Below, in pieces: positions 38,138 through 47,964 of a DNA stretch of 64,000 nt. How positions within the stretch are numbered: the stretch's first letter is position 1; the number at the start of each line of letters is the position of its first letter. Location: positions 1,600,001-1,664,000 of the forward strand of contig OY820591.1 of NCBI GenBank assembly GCA_963555985.3, read 5' to 3'. A program made the position numbers and the translations under genes. Source of the stretch: Dehalococcoidia bacterium (GTDB lineage: Bacteria > Chloroflexota > Dehalococcoidia > Bin125). Below the pieces are notes generated by a model. The model was not told where the DNA came from, did not search any database, and worked only from the letters and a program-made list of their open reading frames with translations.

Positions 38138-39262
38138 ATGTCACGATTGACCTCAATACTGAGGATCATCGCCATCCCGGCGTTGATCGTCGCAGCGATT
38201 ACAGCGGCAGCATGCTCATCGGACGACGAGCAAGGTCAGCAGGCGCAGTCCGCGGCGGCGCAGGCAGAAGAGCAACAGCAGGCCGTCCAACCGGCTGCCC
38301 AGCAGCAGGCGGCTCAGGCCGAACAAACTCAACAGGCCGAGCAGGCCCAACCCGCCGACGACGGCGACAAGACCACCATCGTCTTCTCCGACCTCAACTG
38401 GACCTCCTCCGAGATTCAGGTGCGGGTCGCCGCTTACATCGTGGAACATGGTTACGGCTATCCGACCGACCTGATCGCCGGCGACACCACAAACCTGTTC
38501 CAGGGGCTGATCAATGGCGACACACAGGTGACGATGGAGATTTGGCCAGCGCAGCAGCCCTGGATCGACGAGCTCGACGATCCCAGCGTGATCGAGATCC
38601 TGGGCGACTCGCTCGACGAGAACTGGGAAGGCTGGGTCATCCCCCAGTACCTGAAGGACGCCAATCCCGGGCTCGTTTCAGTCTCCGATATCCCCGACTA
38701 CATGGACCTCTTCGTGACCGCCGACTCGCGCGGCAAGGCGCGCTTCGTCGACTGCGTGCCCGGCTGGGCCTGTGAGCAGGTCAACGGCAACAAGGTCGTC
38801 GCCTACGGCCTCGAGGACGTGCTCGAGCTGGTCAAGCCCGGCTCCGGCGCGGCGCTGTTCGAGGACCTGGAATCGACCTACAACCGCGGCGAGCCCTGGA
38901 TCGGCTACATGTGGGGCCCGACCAAGCCGACCGCCACGCTCGACCTCTACCGCCTGGAGGAGCCGGAGTGGACCGAGGAATGCTGGAACGGCGATCAGGG
39001 CTGCGCCTACCCCGCCTCCGAGGTGCGCATCGCGGTCTACCACACGCTGCTCGACGACGCGCCCGACGTGGTCGAGTTCCTGCGCGCCTGGGATTTCGCC
39101 GCTGAAGTCCAAATCCAGTCGGAAATCTGGATGTCGGACAATAATGCCTCGCCCGACGAAGCGGCGATCTGGTACCTGAGGACCTATCCCGAGGTCTGGT
39201 CGGCTTACGTGCCGGACGACGTGGCCGAGGCGGTGCAGGAAGCGCTGGCCGAGGAGAGCTAG
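38138..39262 (+). CDS. Glycine betaine ABC substrate-binding lipoprotein, second copy
   Basis: AAAC lipobox, Q-rich linker, DLNWTS, DCVPGWAC, GYMWGP. Confidence 0.9.
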   Translation: MSRLTSILRIIAIPALIVAAITAAACSSDDEQGQQAQSAAAQAEEQQQAVQPAAQQQAAQAEQTQQAEQAQPADDGDKTTIVFSDLNWTSSEIQVRVAAYIVEHGYGYPTDLIAGDTTNLFQGLINGDTQVTMEIWPAQQPWIDELDDPSVIEILGDSLDENWEGWVIPQYLKDANPGLVSVSDIPDYMDLFVTADSRGKARFVDCVPGWACEQVNGNKVVAYGLEDVLELVKPGSGAALFEDLESTYNRGEPWIGYMWGPTKPTATLDLYRLEEPEWTEECWNGDQGCAYPASEVRIAVYHTLLDDAPDVVEFLRAWDFAAEVQIQSEIWMSDNNASPDEAAIWYLRTYPEVWSAYVPDDVAEAVQEALAEES

Positions 39263-39269
39263 AAGAGCG

Positions 39270-39491
39270 CTAACGGGCGCGTCCCCACAAGAACCAGTAG
39301 CCGGCAGCGGTCGAGAGCAGTCCGACCGCTGCCAAGGGCGGCCACCAGGGGCGCAGTTCGGCGAACAACGGCGGATGCACCAGCACCGCTGCGCTGACTG
39401 CGAGCGCAGCCAACAATCCGCTCAAGGCCAGCAGCCCAACTGCCCGCAATCGCCAAGACAACCAGCGCTCGCGCCAGGTCAGATCAGACAT
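39270..39491 (-). CDS. Small membrane protein
   Basis: Two hydrophobic segments from ATG 39491; fills the gap before smpB. Confidence 0.45.
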   Translation of the reverse strand: MSDLTWRERWLSWRLRAVGLLALSGLLAALAVSAAVLVHPPLFAELRPWWPPLAAVGLLSTAAGYWFLWGRAR

Positions 39492-39533
39492 GCAGACCAT
39501 GCTATTCCTGTCCCCGCAGCCTAAGCTCGGCAC

Positions 39534-40046
39534 ATGGCGAAGAAATCGAAGTCTCGCAAACAAGGCGCTCGGAACAACGGGGCGCAGCCGAACGATCGCG
39601 TCGTCGCGCGTAACCGCCGTGCCGGATTCCAATACGAGATCCTGCGGCGCTACGAAGCCGGCATTGAGCTGACCGGCAGCGAGATCAAATCGATCCGCGA
39701 AGGACGGGTCAGCATCGCCGAGGCCTATTGCCGCCCGCGCGAACGCGAGCTCTGGTTGGTCGGTGCGCACATCGCCCGCTACGAGCCGTCCGGACAGACC
39801 AACCACGAACCTACCCGCGACCGCCGCCTACTACTCCATCGCCGCGAGCTCGCCCAACTCGAAGAAGCCTTCGCCCAACGCGGACTCACCCTCGTTCCGA
39901 TCCGCCTCTATCTGACTCGCGGCCTAGCCAAGCTCGAGATTGGTGTCGGCCGCGGGCGCCGCGTCCACGAAAAGCGCCAACGCATGGCGGAACGCGACGC
40001 CCAGCGTCAGATCGCACGCGCAGTCGGCCGAACCAGCGGCCGCTAG
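39534..40046 (+). CDS. smpB: SsrA-binding protein
   Basis: NRRA, EAGIELTGSEIKSIR, RRLLLH, GRGRRVHEKR; adjacent to tmRNA. Confidence 0.97.
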   Translation: MAKKSKSRKQGARNNGAQPNDRVVARNRRAGFQYEILRRYEAGIELTGSEIKSIREGRVSIAEAYCRPRERELWLVGAHIARYEPSGQTNHEPTRDRRLLLHRRELAQLEEAFAQRGLTLVPIRLYLTRGLAKLEIGVGRGRRVHEKRQRMAERDAQRQIARAVGRTSGR

Positions 40047-40181
40047 CAGACCGCCTCGATTCATCCGCCACCGAACCTGGACTGTACGGCGAGTATCAGA
40101 TCTCGTCGCTCGGCCGCGCCCCTTTTCTGTCGCGCCCGGCTACCATTGACCTCACGCCGAGACGGACTCGGTGCAACCGAT

Positions 40182-40539
40182 GGGGACGAAAGGGTTCGAC
40201 AGCGGCTGACTGATCGGAGCTGCGCGCCGAGGAGCCGCACCTCGTAAATCCGCGGCGACCTTCCTTTACCCGGCGAAACCAAGGAACTCGCCCTCGCCGC
40301 CTAACCGCGGCGACGCCGAACCCGAGCTGCCGCCGAGCCGGCTGGGTCCCGGCGCCGACTAGCACGGCTGCCTGCGATGGACGGTCAGGACCATTGCGGA
40401 AAGACCAACTGACTCACCTGAAGGTAACGGTAGGCCGACGCGCCGGCCTTCGGGGACAGACCAAGCGACGGCTACGCGCGTAGACGCGACGAGGAGCGGT
40501 CGTCTGGACGGGGAGTTCGATTCTCCCCCGTCTCCACCA
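40182..40539 (+). ncRNA. ssrA: tmRNA
   Basis: 5' GGGGAC..GGTTCGAC, 3' T-arm GGGAGTTCGATTCTCCC and TCCACCA end; tag frame GETKELALAA-stop at 40272-40304. Confidence 0.95.
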
Positions 40540-40743
40540 TCTCCCCCGCCGACGTACCCGGTGCCTGCCCGCTCCCAGCGACACAGCCTCGCGCGGCTGT
40601 GTTGATGAGCCGACCGACTCTAACGACAACTACGACACAGTTTGTGATATGACACAGGTGCCGTTCTCCAAGCATATGCTGACGCAATCTAGGCTAGATA
40701 CGCCGGGTTATGAGTAGCATTATGAGGTTGCGGAGGCGTCGAA

Positions 40744-41139
40744 ATGGAGTCTCTCGGAGCGAGGATTCGGCGTTTGCGTGCGGACCAAGGGCTCTCTCTG
40801 AGCGAGTTGGCCCGGCTCTCGAACGTGTCCAAAGGATATCTGTCGCAAGTCGAACGTTCGCCCCAGGCGCGACCGTCGGCCGCCACGCTTTTCGCCGTCG
40901 CACGTGTGCTCAGTGTCTCTGTTGCGGATCTGTTTGAGGGGACAGACAGTGATGAGAGTGCGGATACGGGCGCGGAACTGCCGCCGGGCCTGGCTGAATT
41001 CGCAGAAGAAGCAGGATTACCGCCGGCGGATTTGGAGATGCTGTCTCACATTCACTATCGCGGAATGGTACCGCGAAACAAAGAAGACTGGCGCTTCATC
41101 TACGAATCGATCCGCCGCAGCGTGAGAGTCGACCGCTAA
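40744..41139 (+). CDS. XRE family HTH regulator (DdrO-like C-terminus)
   Basis: LGARIRRLR, SKGYLSQVE; C-terminal HIHYRGMVPRNKEDWRFIYESI. Confidence 0.85.
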   Translation: MESLGARIRRLRADQGLSLSELARLSNVSKGYLSQVERSPQARPSAATLFAVARVLSVSVADLFEGTDSDESADTGAELPPGLAEFAEEAGLPPADLEMLSHIHYRGMVPRNKEDWRFIYESIRRSVRVDR

Positions 41140-41475
41140 GAAACTTCCCGCAGATTTGTCCCCTTTCCCGTGTTCCGAGAGAAGAACTCGTACAGCGCAA
41201 ATCCTCTCTCCCGCATCGGAGAGAGGTCGCGAAGTGACAGAGGCGTCCGGCCACCCCCCTCCGCAACTCCCCGTCGCTCTAATCGCCGAGCCGCAATTCG
41301 ACGAAGCCCTTGAGTGCGCACATCGACGGATGCGCAGACAATTCGTGTCGCTGAACTAAGTTTCAGAAACCGCCACCCTGTGATGTACGCTGCGTTACAC
41401 CACGTGAATGGACTGATCGTGAACCAGTTCCGTTCAGCACGAAGGCGGGGACGGTCCCCGTCGCAGGAGGAAGAC

Positions 41476-43560
41476 ATGAGCGAGCGAAACTATTGGACTC
41501 GGATGCGTCGCCGCCGGATGTCGCGGCGCGCCCTGCTCGGCGCGTCAGCCCGCGCCGGCGTTGGCGCCGCTGGTCTGGCGCTGGTCGGCTGCGGAGACGA
41601 TGACGACGACGGCCAGCAGGCCGCCGCGCAGGTCCAGCAGCAGGCGCAGCAACAACAGCAGGCGATGCAGCAGCAAGCGCAGCAACAGGCCGACCAGCAG
41701 GCGGCGCAGGCTCAGCAGCAGGAACAGTCCGCCGAGGACGCGGCTGAGCAGCAGGCGCAAGCCGAACAGCAGGCCGCCGTTGCGGCCGCCGGACCCGTTC
41801 GCGGCGGCATCCGCACCGCCCCCTTCGTCGGCCCCTACTCCGGCGACCCGCCCACCCTCGACCCCTACGAGAACCTCACCTACCGCGCCCAGATTCCCTC
41901 GGGCTTCCACTACTCGAAGCTGATCCAGGCCATCACCGGCGCCGACGGCGTCAACCCGATCAACCTGGCCGAGTACGAGCCCGACCTCGCTGAGGCGATG
42001 CCCGAGATCCCCGACCCGACCACGTTCGTCTTCCGCATCCGCGAGGACGCCACTTGGCACGACGTCGACCCGCTCAACGGCCGCCAGGTGACCCTGGACG
42101 ACGTGGTCAAGACCCACGACCGCTTCCAGGAGACATCGCCCAACGCGGCTGGCTGGAACAACGTGATCTCCAGCTTCGAGCCCGGCGAGGACAACTCCCT
42201 CACTTTCAAGCTGCACCGCCCGCACGCGCCGATCCTCACCCTGATCGGATCGAGCCAGCACCTCTGGGTGATCCCGCAGGAGATCGTCGACGACGGCACG
42301 GTCGCCCAGCGCCCGGTCGGCTCTGGCGCCTTCATCTTCGAGGAGTTTGAGCCAGGCGTCGCGATTCGCTGGCGGAAGAACCCGAGCTGGCACCGCAGCA
42401 ACGACTACGGCCTCGACCTGCCGCTCATGGACGGCATCATCGCCACCATGAACGGCGCCACCGACGTGCTGATCCCGGCGCTCGGCGACGGGTCGCTGGA
42501 CTTCTCCCAGCTCTCGCCTGCGATCTACCTCCAGGCGGTTGAAGCGGCCCCGCAGATCGAGGAAAACGGCTACGTCTTCACCCCCAACACCGTCCCCGGC
42601 GGCTTCTACTTCAACTTCTCGATCCCGCCCTGGAACGATGTCCGCATGCGCCAGGCGCTCTCGCTAGCGATGGACCGCGACGGCGTGCTCAGCGTGACCG
42701 ACGACACCGGCCGCGGCGGCTGGATGTCCGGCATCTCGCAGTTGCCGCCGTACTGGATGGACCCCAAGGACCTGGACAAGTTCGGCGAGAGCTTCGAGGG
42801 CGAGCCCTCTGGTTCGCTCTTCCACGTGAACATCGCCGAAGCACGCAAGCTGATGGATGCTGCCGGCTACCCGGACGGCATCCAGGCCACTCTGCACGGT
42901 ACCGCCGACTACGGCGCGACCGTGGTCAACTTCTACGAGGCCTGCGCAGCCTCGGTGGCGCTGGCCGGCTTCCAGTTCGAGTTCTTCTTCAAGGAGTACG
43001 CCGCCTACATCGCCTCGATCTTCCGCGGCAACTTCCCCGACGGCTGGGACGGCGAGTCGAGCCACCTCGCGATCGGTCCGCTCTACGGCGGCGCGACCGA
43101 CCCCGAGGACCTCTTCGCCGCCTGCTACGCCCGCACCTCCGGTCGCCACAACTGGGGTTCCGCCGGTCGTGTCGCCGAGGACTCCGTCTCAGCGATCGAC
43201 ACCGGCGGCAACGCCGAGGCATGGCATCACCCGAACGCCGTTTCCGGCGGCGGTCCCGAGACCGACGAGCGCCTGCACGACATGTTTGAGACCCAGAAGG
43301 GCCTCCTCGACCTCGAGGAGCGGATCGAGTACATCAACGACATCCAGCGCTACATGGCGACCAAGATGTACCTCGTACCCTACACCGCGGCCCCCGGCGT
43401 CTACGCCTTCAACCCCTGGATGCAGCAGTGGGACGTCAACACCGGCGGCCCGATCGACAACGCCACCCAGCGCATCTGGCCGAAGGCTACCTACGGCTGG
43501 GGCCAGGAGTCCGAGCACACCTTCATGCTCAACCAGGAGATCAAGGACGAGTACGTCTAG
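41476..43560 (+). CDS. Family 5 (peptide/nickel) ABC substrate-binding protein, Tat lipoprotein
   Basis: SRRALL Tat motif, LVGC, Q-rich linker, PDLAE, PVGSGAF, DVRMRQALSLAMDR; GGAGG RBS before ATG 41476. Confidence 0.9.
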   Translation: MSERNYWTRMRRRRMSRRALLGASARAGVGAAGLALVGCGDDDDDGQQAAAQVQQQAQQQQQAMQQQAQQQADQQAAQAQQQEQSAEDAAEQQAQAEQQAAVAAAGPVRGGIRTAPFVGPYSGDPPTLDPYENLTYRAQIPSGFHYSKLIQAITGADGVNPINLAEYEPDLAEAMPEIPDPTTFVFRIREDATWHDVDPLNGRQVTLDDVVKTHDRFQETSPNAAGWNNVISSFEPGEDNSLTFKLHRPHAPILTLIGSSQHLWVIPQEIVDDGTVAQRPVGSGAFIFEEFEPGVAIRWRKNPSWHRSNDYGLDLPLMDGIIATMNGATDVLIPALGDGSLDFSQLSPAIYLQAVEAAPQIEENGYVFTPNTVPGGFYFNFSIPPWNDVRMRQALSLAMDRDGVLSVTDDTGRGGWMSGISQLPPYWMDPKDLDKFGESFEGEPSGSLFHVNIAEARKLMDAAGYPDGIQATLHGTADYGATVVNFYEACAASVALAGFQFEFFFKEYAAYIASIFRGNFPDGWDGESSHLAIGPLYGGATDPEDLFAACYARTSGRHNWGSAGRVAEDSVSAIDTGGNAEAWHHPNAVSGGGPETDERLHDMFETQKGLLDLEERIEYINDIQRYMATKMYLVPYTAAPGVYAFNPWMQQWDVNTGGPIDNATQRIWPKATYGWGQESEHTFMLNQEIKDEYV

Positions 43561-43578
43561 TCTCTTGCCGATTCCCGC

Positions 43579-43611
43579 CTGGAGAGCCTGGCCTCGCGCC
43601 GGGCTCTCCAG
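43579..43611 (+). terminator. Stem-loop after the SBP gene
   Basis: ctggagagcc...ggctctccag 10-bp inverted repeat. Confidence 0.5.
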
Positions 43612-43698
43612 TCTGGGAGTGGCGTGATGCTCGCCGCCGCCTCACCCTTGGGCGGCGGCGCGACCGTCTAGGCCACGCACACGGAGAGGCTGCGGACG

Positions 43699-44664
43699 AT
43701 GCGGCAGTACATCTTTCGCCGAGTCTTGCTGATCATCCCGACGCTGATCGGGGTCACGATTGTCGTCTCGCTGCTGACGCAGCTCCTGCCCGGTGATTTC
43801 ATCGACGTGATGCTCGCCGACCACGTCGCCGGCGGTGAGGACAAAGAGGCCATTCGGGCCGAGTGGGAAGAGCAGCTCGGCTGGGACAAGCCCTGGATCG
43901 TGCAGTACGGCATCTGGCTCTGGGACGCGGTCCGAGGCGACCTAGGCACCTCCTTCATCGGCGGCTTCCAGCCGGTCACGGCAGAACTGGAAAGCCGGAT
44001 CCCGGTGACGCTCCAGCTTGGCGTCCTGGCCCTCCTGGTCGGTGTCGCGATCGCGCTGCCGATCGGGATCATCTCCGCCGTCCGGCAGGACTCGGTGATT
44101 GACTACGTCTTCCGTGGCGGCGCGATCCTCGCGCTCTCGGTCCCCGGATTCTGGCTCGCCGTGATCATCATCCGGATCGTCTTCCCCCAGTTGGGCCTGC
44201 CCTCGCTTCCACTGCTCTACAACGATCCGACCGAGAATCTCGCCGAGAACATGCGCCAGATGTACGTCCCGGCGATCATCCTCGGCATCGGTCTGGCCGG
44301 ACCAGTCATGCGCCTCACTCGCGGCGAGATGCTGGAAGTCCTCCGCCAGGATTATGTCCGCACCGCGCGGGCCAAGGGCCTCCAGGAAAACTCCGTAATC
44401 GTGCGCCATGCCATGCGCAACGCGCTGATCCCGGTGCTCACATTGATCGGGCTATCCGCCTCGATCCTAATCGGCGGCTCCGTGATCATGGAGAGCATCT
44501 TCTCGCTGCCCGGCATGGGCCTGCGCATGCTGGTGGCACTCAAAGATCGCGACATCCCCGTCGTGATGGGCATCATGGTCGTGATCTCGATCGTCGTGGT
44601 CGTGGCCAACCTCGTGATCGACGTCGCCTACTCGCTGGTCGATCCGCGCATTCGGTACAACTAA
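43699..44664 (+). CDS. Peptide ABC transporter permease (OppB/DppB-like)
   Basis: LLPGD, GDLGTS, PGFWLA, DYVRTARAKGL, RHAMRNAL, DPRIR. Confidence 0.93.
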   Translation: MRQYIFRRVLLIIPTLIGVTIVVSLLTQLLPGDFIDVMLADHVAGGEDKEAIRAEWEEQLGWDKPWIVQYGIWLWDAVRGDLGTSFIGGFQPVTAELESRIPVTLQLGVLALLVGVAIALPIGIISAVRQDSVIDYVFRGGAILALSVPGFWLAVIIIRIVFPQLGLPSLPLLYNDPTENLAENMRQMYVPAIILGIGLAGPVMRLTRGEMLEVLRQDYVRTARAKGLQENSVIVRHAMRNALIPVLTLIGLSASILIGGSVIMESIFSLPGMGLRMLVALKDRDIPVVMGIMVVISIVVVVANLVIDVAYSLVDPRIRYN

Positions 44665-44703
44665 CCCGGCTGGCTGTCGGCCGTCTGCGAAAGGGCGCCG
44701 TTC

Positions 44704-46071
44704 ATGGCCCAAGCGGAAACCGCGATCACCACTGAGGCCCAGGCTGGCATCGCCGACTGGCTGCGGGACCAACAGCAGCTCCTGATCGACCGCTCAGTCT
44801 CGAGTCCGCTCGGATTCCTGGTCGCGGTTGCGACCCTGCTCGTCGCTGGCTCGATCGGCTTCCTCGTCGGCGTGTTGATCATGCCCTACTGGATGTTCCG
44901 CCGGAAGAAGTACCTCGGTGCGTTCGGCGCGCTGATTCTGCTCTTCTGTGTGGTCGTCGCAGCCGTCGCGCCGCTGCTCGAGACGACGGAGCCCCCCGAA
45001 GGCGTCGCCATTGCCCCCTACGCACTGGCCGTCTTCTCCGACCGCTTCGTGGCCCCCAACGCCGACCACATCTTCGGCACCGACAACCAGGGCCGCGACA
45101 TGGTCACCCGGATCATCTACGGCACCGAGGTCACGGTGCTGGTCGGATTTGGCTCGGTGATCGCGACCGCGCTGTTATCCACCTTCATCGGGCTCACGTC
45201 CGGCTACTTCGCAGGCACGCAGATGCAGTGGGGGATGCGAGGGCCGGGGCCCATCGTCAACTTCACGCTTCCTGGACCGTTAGCGCCCGTTCCGGTCTGG
45301 TGGTTCCTCACCCTGCCGTTTGCCCTCCTGGTGCTGGCAGTTCAGGTGGTCATCAAACTCATTGACATCGGCACGCTGGGTCTGTTCAGCGAACAGATCG
45401 AGCGATTCTCCGACAACCTGCTCGGAGGCATCCCGCAACGCGGGGGGGCGCTGCCCGACATCGATCTGCTCTTCCAGCGACTCGTCGACGTGTGGAACGC
45501 GTTCCCGGCGATCTTCCTGATCCTCGCCGTGCTAGCCGTGCTCGGATCCGGCGGAAACGGCTTCTTCGGCCTCGGGTTCGGGCCGGATATCGGCCCGCAG
45601 GCGAGCATCGGCGACGAGTGGTTCTGGCAGGTGTTCGCCCGCACGACCACCGTGATTCTGGTCGTCGCGCTCGTGCTCGCCGCCGGTAACTCGCGGATCA
45701 TCCGCGGCTCGGTGCTGGCCACTCGTGCAGCCCAGTACGTCGAAGCCGCACGCACCCTGGGCGCGTCCAACGTCCGCATCATGGTTGCCCACATCGTGCC
45801 CAACATCATGGCCACGATCATCATCCTCGCCTCGCTCAACCTCGGCGCTGCCGTGCTGATTGAAGCCGCAGTCTCCTTCCTCGGCTTCGGCATCCCGCCG
45901 CCTTTCCCCACCTGGGGCCGCGACACTGGAGGCCTCGCCCTGACCTACGCGACCGAAGCCTGGTGGCTCGGATTCTTCCCCGGCTTCTGCATCATGGTCG
46001 CCGTCTTCGGCTTCAACATGATGGGCGACGCCATGAGAGACATCCTCGACCCACGCCTCCGCGGTACATAG
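44704..46071 (+). CDS. Peptide ABC transporter permease (OppC/DppC-like)
   Basis: HIFGTDNQGRD, YVEAARTLGA, HIVPN, SFLGFG, GDAMRDILDPR. Confidence 0.92.
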   Translation: MAQAETAITTEAQAGIADWLRDQQQLLIDRSVSSPLGFLVAVATLLVAGSIGFLVGVLIMPYWMFRRKKYLGAFGALILLFCVVVAAVAPLLETTEPPEGVAIAPYALAVFSDRFVAPNADHIFGTDNQGRDMVTRIIYGTEVTVLVGFGSVIATALLSTFIGLTSGYFAGTQMQWGMRGPGPIVNFTLPGPLAPVPVWWFLTLPFALLVLAVQVVIKLIDIGTLGLFSEQIERFSDNLLGGIPQRGGALPDIDLLFQRLVDVWNAFPAIFLILAVLAVLGSGGNGFFGLGFGPDIGPQASIGDEWFWQVFARTTTVILVVALVLAAGNSRIIRGSVLATRAAQYVEAARTLGASNVRIMVAHIVPNIMATIIILASLNLGAAVLIEAAVSFLGFGIPPPFPTWGRDTGGLALTYATEAWWLGFFPGFCIMVAVFGFNMMGDAMRDILDPRLRGT

Positions 46072-46100
46072 CCCCACCCCTCAGAACCCCAACCCGCACG

Positions 46101-46124
46101 TGAGGCCGCCTACGGGCGGCCTCA
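46101..46124. terminator. Hairpin between convergent genes
   Basis: tgaggccgcc-tacg-ggcggcctca perfect 10-bp stem. Confidence 0.7.
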
Positions 46125-46140
46125 ATCGTTGATGCAACTC

Positions 46141-47964
46141 CTACGTGCGCCCAAACTCCCGCAGCAAGTCGTCGGCAGCGATCTCAACCAGCGTCGGGCG
46201 TCCGTGCGGGCAAGAATGCGGATTCCGGCAGCGCTCCAAGTCTCGCAGCAGCGACCCCATCGCCGCCGCGTCCAACGCCGCGCCGCGTCGCACCGAGCCA
46301 TGACAGGCTGCCGAGGCGGCCACTGGATCGAACCGATCCGGCGGCCGGTCGATCGCGCTCAGATCCGCAAGAATCCCCCGCAGCAACCGCTCGCCATCGG
46401 CCACCGATGGCAGCGCCGCAGGCAACGCGCGCAACCGCACAGCGCGGTCGCCAAAGAGATCAATCTCAAATCCGAGCCGCGCCAGCGATTCGTTCGCCCC
46501 GCTCCAGGTCGCCGCTTCGTTGGCGTCCAGCGTGATCACTGGCGGATCGAGCAGCGGCTGTCGCACCGCTCCCGCATGATCATCACTCGCGGCGAGAAGC
46601 CGCTCGTAGACGACCCGTTCATGCGCGCCGTGTTGGTCGATCAGGACGAGACCGTTCGGACCTTCGGCAATGATGAAGGTGCGATGCAGCTGTCCGACCA
46701 TACGCAGCGGCGGCAAGCGCCCTGGCCACGTCGACTCAACAGGCTTGGCTGCGGTGGAAGTGTCGGGAATGGCGCTGCGCGGACTCCCTGCCAGCCCCGG
46801 CTGAATAGGCCTGAAAGGGCGCAGCTCCTCGGCGTACTCGAGATCGGGGCGCTGACCCTGCGACGAAGCGAGCCGAACCGGAGCGGCGGAACGATCTTGC
46901 GCGAGCGTTTCCCGCAGCGTCCGCTGCACCAAACCGAAAGCCCGATCCGCGTCGCGCAGCTTGACCTCGGTCTTCGCGGGATGAACATTGACATCGACGC
47001 GATCCGGCGGCGCGTGCAGTCGAACAATTGCAAGCGGAAAGCGGCCCGACGGCAGCCAATCGCGATACGCCTCCTGAACCGCATAGCTCAGACGGCGGTC
47101 GTGGACCGGACGGCCGTTCACGAACAGACGGATTCCGTCACGATTGCGCCGGGCGTCCTGAGTTGCGCCCGCGAAACCGTCAAGGCTGAGTCCGTCCTCG
47201 TCCGTCGCTGCGAAGACGACCGCACGCTGAGCGGGGCCGGGACCGAAGACACTGGCGAGCGCGTACCGCAGGTCGGTGTAGCGTTGCTCCGTTATGTCTT
47301 GACTTTGTGCTTCGGCCGCTTGATGGTTGAGCACCTCGCGTCCGTCAATCTGGAGCCGGATCGAAACAGACGGATTGGCGAGAACGGCGTCCGACGCAAC
47401 TCGAACCAGCGCCGCACGCTCAGCGCGAGGTCCGGCAAGAAACGCCTTGCGAGCCGGCTGGTTGGCGAACAGGTCAAGCAGTTCCACGCTGGAGCCGGGC
47501 GCACGAGCAGCGGCCCGCACGTCTTCTTCCCGTCCGTCGCGGAACGTGATTTGTGCAGCGGCAGGGCTGTCATTCGTCCGTGTGGTGAAGGTGAGAGTTC
47601 CAGCAGCAGCGGCGATAGCGGGCAACGCCTCGCCGCGAAAGCCGTAGCTCGTCAGACTGAAGAGTTGGCGTGCAGTTCGCAATTTGGAGGTCGCATGACG
47701 AGCGAACGCGAGCGTGAGCTGCTCTGTCGGGATTCCACAGCCGTCATCATGTACCGCGATCCGCTCACGACCCGCATCTTCAACTTCAATGCTGATTCTG
47801 GTCGCGCCCGCGTCCAGGCTGTTCTCAATCAGCTCTTTGAGCACCGCGGCCGGGCGCTCGATCACCTCGCCTGCGGCAATCTGAGCCGCCACTACGTCGG
47901 GAAGCCGCTCGATCACTGCTTGACCATCGAGCGGCCGCGCGGAGGCGCCCGCCGCGCGGCTCAC
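46141..47964 (-). CDS. mutL: DNA mismatch repair protein MutL
   Basis: IAAGEVIERP, GFRGEAL, DVNVHPAK, endonuclease motif DQHGAHER, ACH, CPHGRP. Confidence 0.97.
   Translation of the reverse strand: MSRAAGASARPLDGQAVIERLPDVVAAQIAAGEVIERPAAVLKELIENSLDAGATRISIEVEDAGRERIAVHDDGCGIPTEQLTLAFARHATSKLRTARQLFSLTSYGFRGEALPAIAAAAGTLTFTTRTNDSPAAAQITFRDGREEDVRAAARAPGSSVELLDLFANQPARKAFLAGPRAERAALVRVASDAVLANPSVSIRLQIDGREVLNHQAAEAQSQDITEQRYTDLRYALASVFGPGPAQRAVVFAATDEDGLSLDGFAGATQDARRNRDGIRLFVNGRPVHDRRLSYAVQEAYRDWLPSGRFPLAIVRLHAPPDRVDVNVHPAKTEVKLRDADRAFGLVQRTLRETLAQDRSAAPVRLASSQGQRPDLEYAEELRPFRPIQPGLAGSPRSAIPDTSTAAKPVESTWPGRLPPLRMVGQLHRTFIIAEGPNGLVLIDQHGAHERVVYERLLAASDDHAGAVRQPLLDPPVITLDANEAATWSGANESLARLGFEIDLFGDRAVRLRALPAALPSVADGERLLRGILADLSAIDRPPDRFDPVAASAACHGSVRRGAALDAAAMGSLLRDLERCRNPHSCPHGRPTLVEIAADDLLREFGRT

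Noticed and set aside
40540-41300. Prophage or integrative element at the tmRNA 3' end
   Set aside because: No integrase, no duplicated tmRNA 3' end seen in the window, and host-type transporter genes resume within 1 kb
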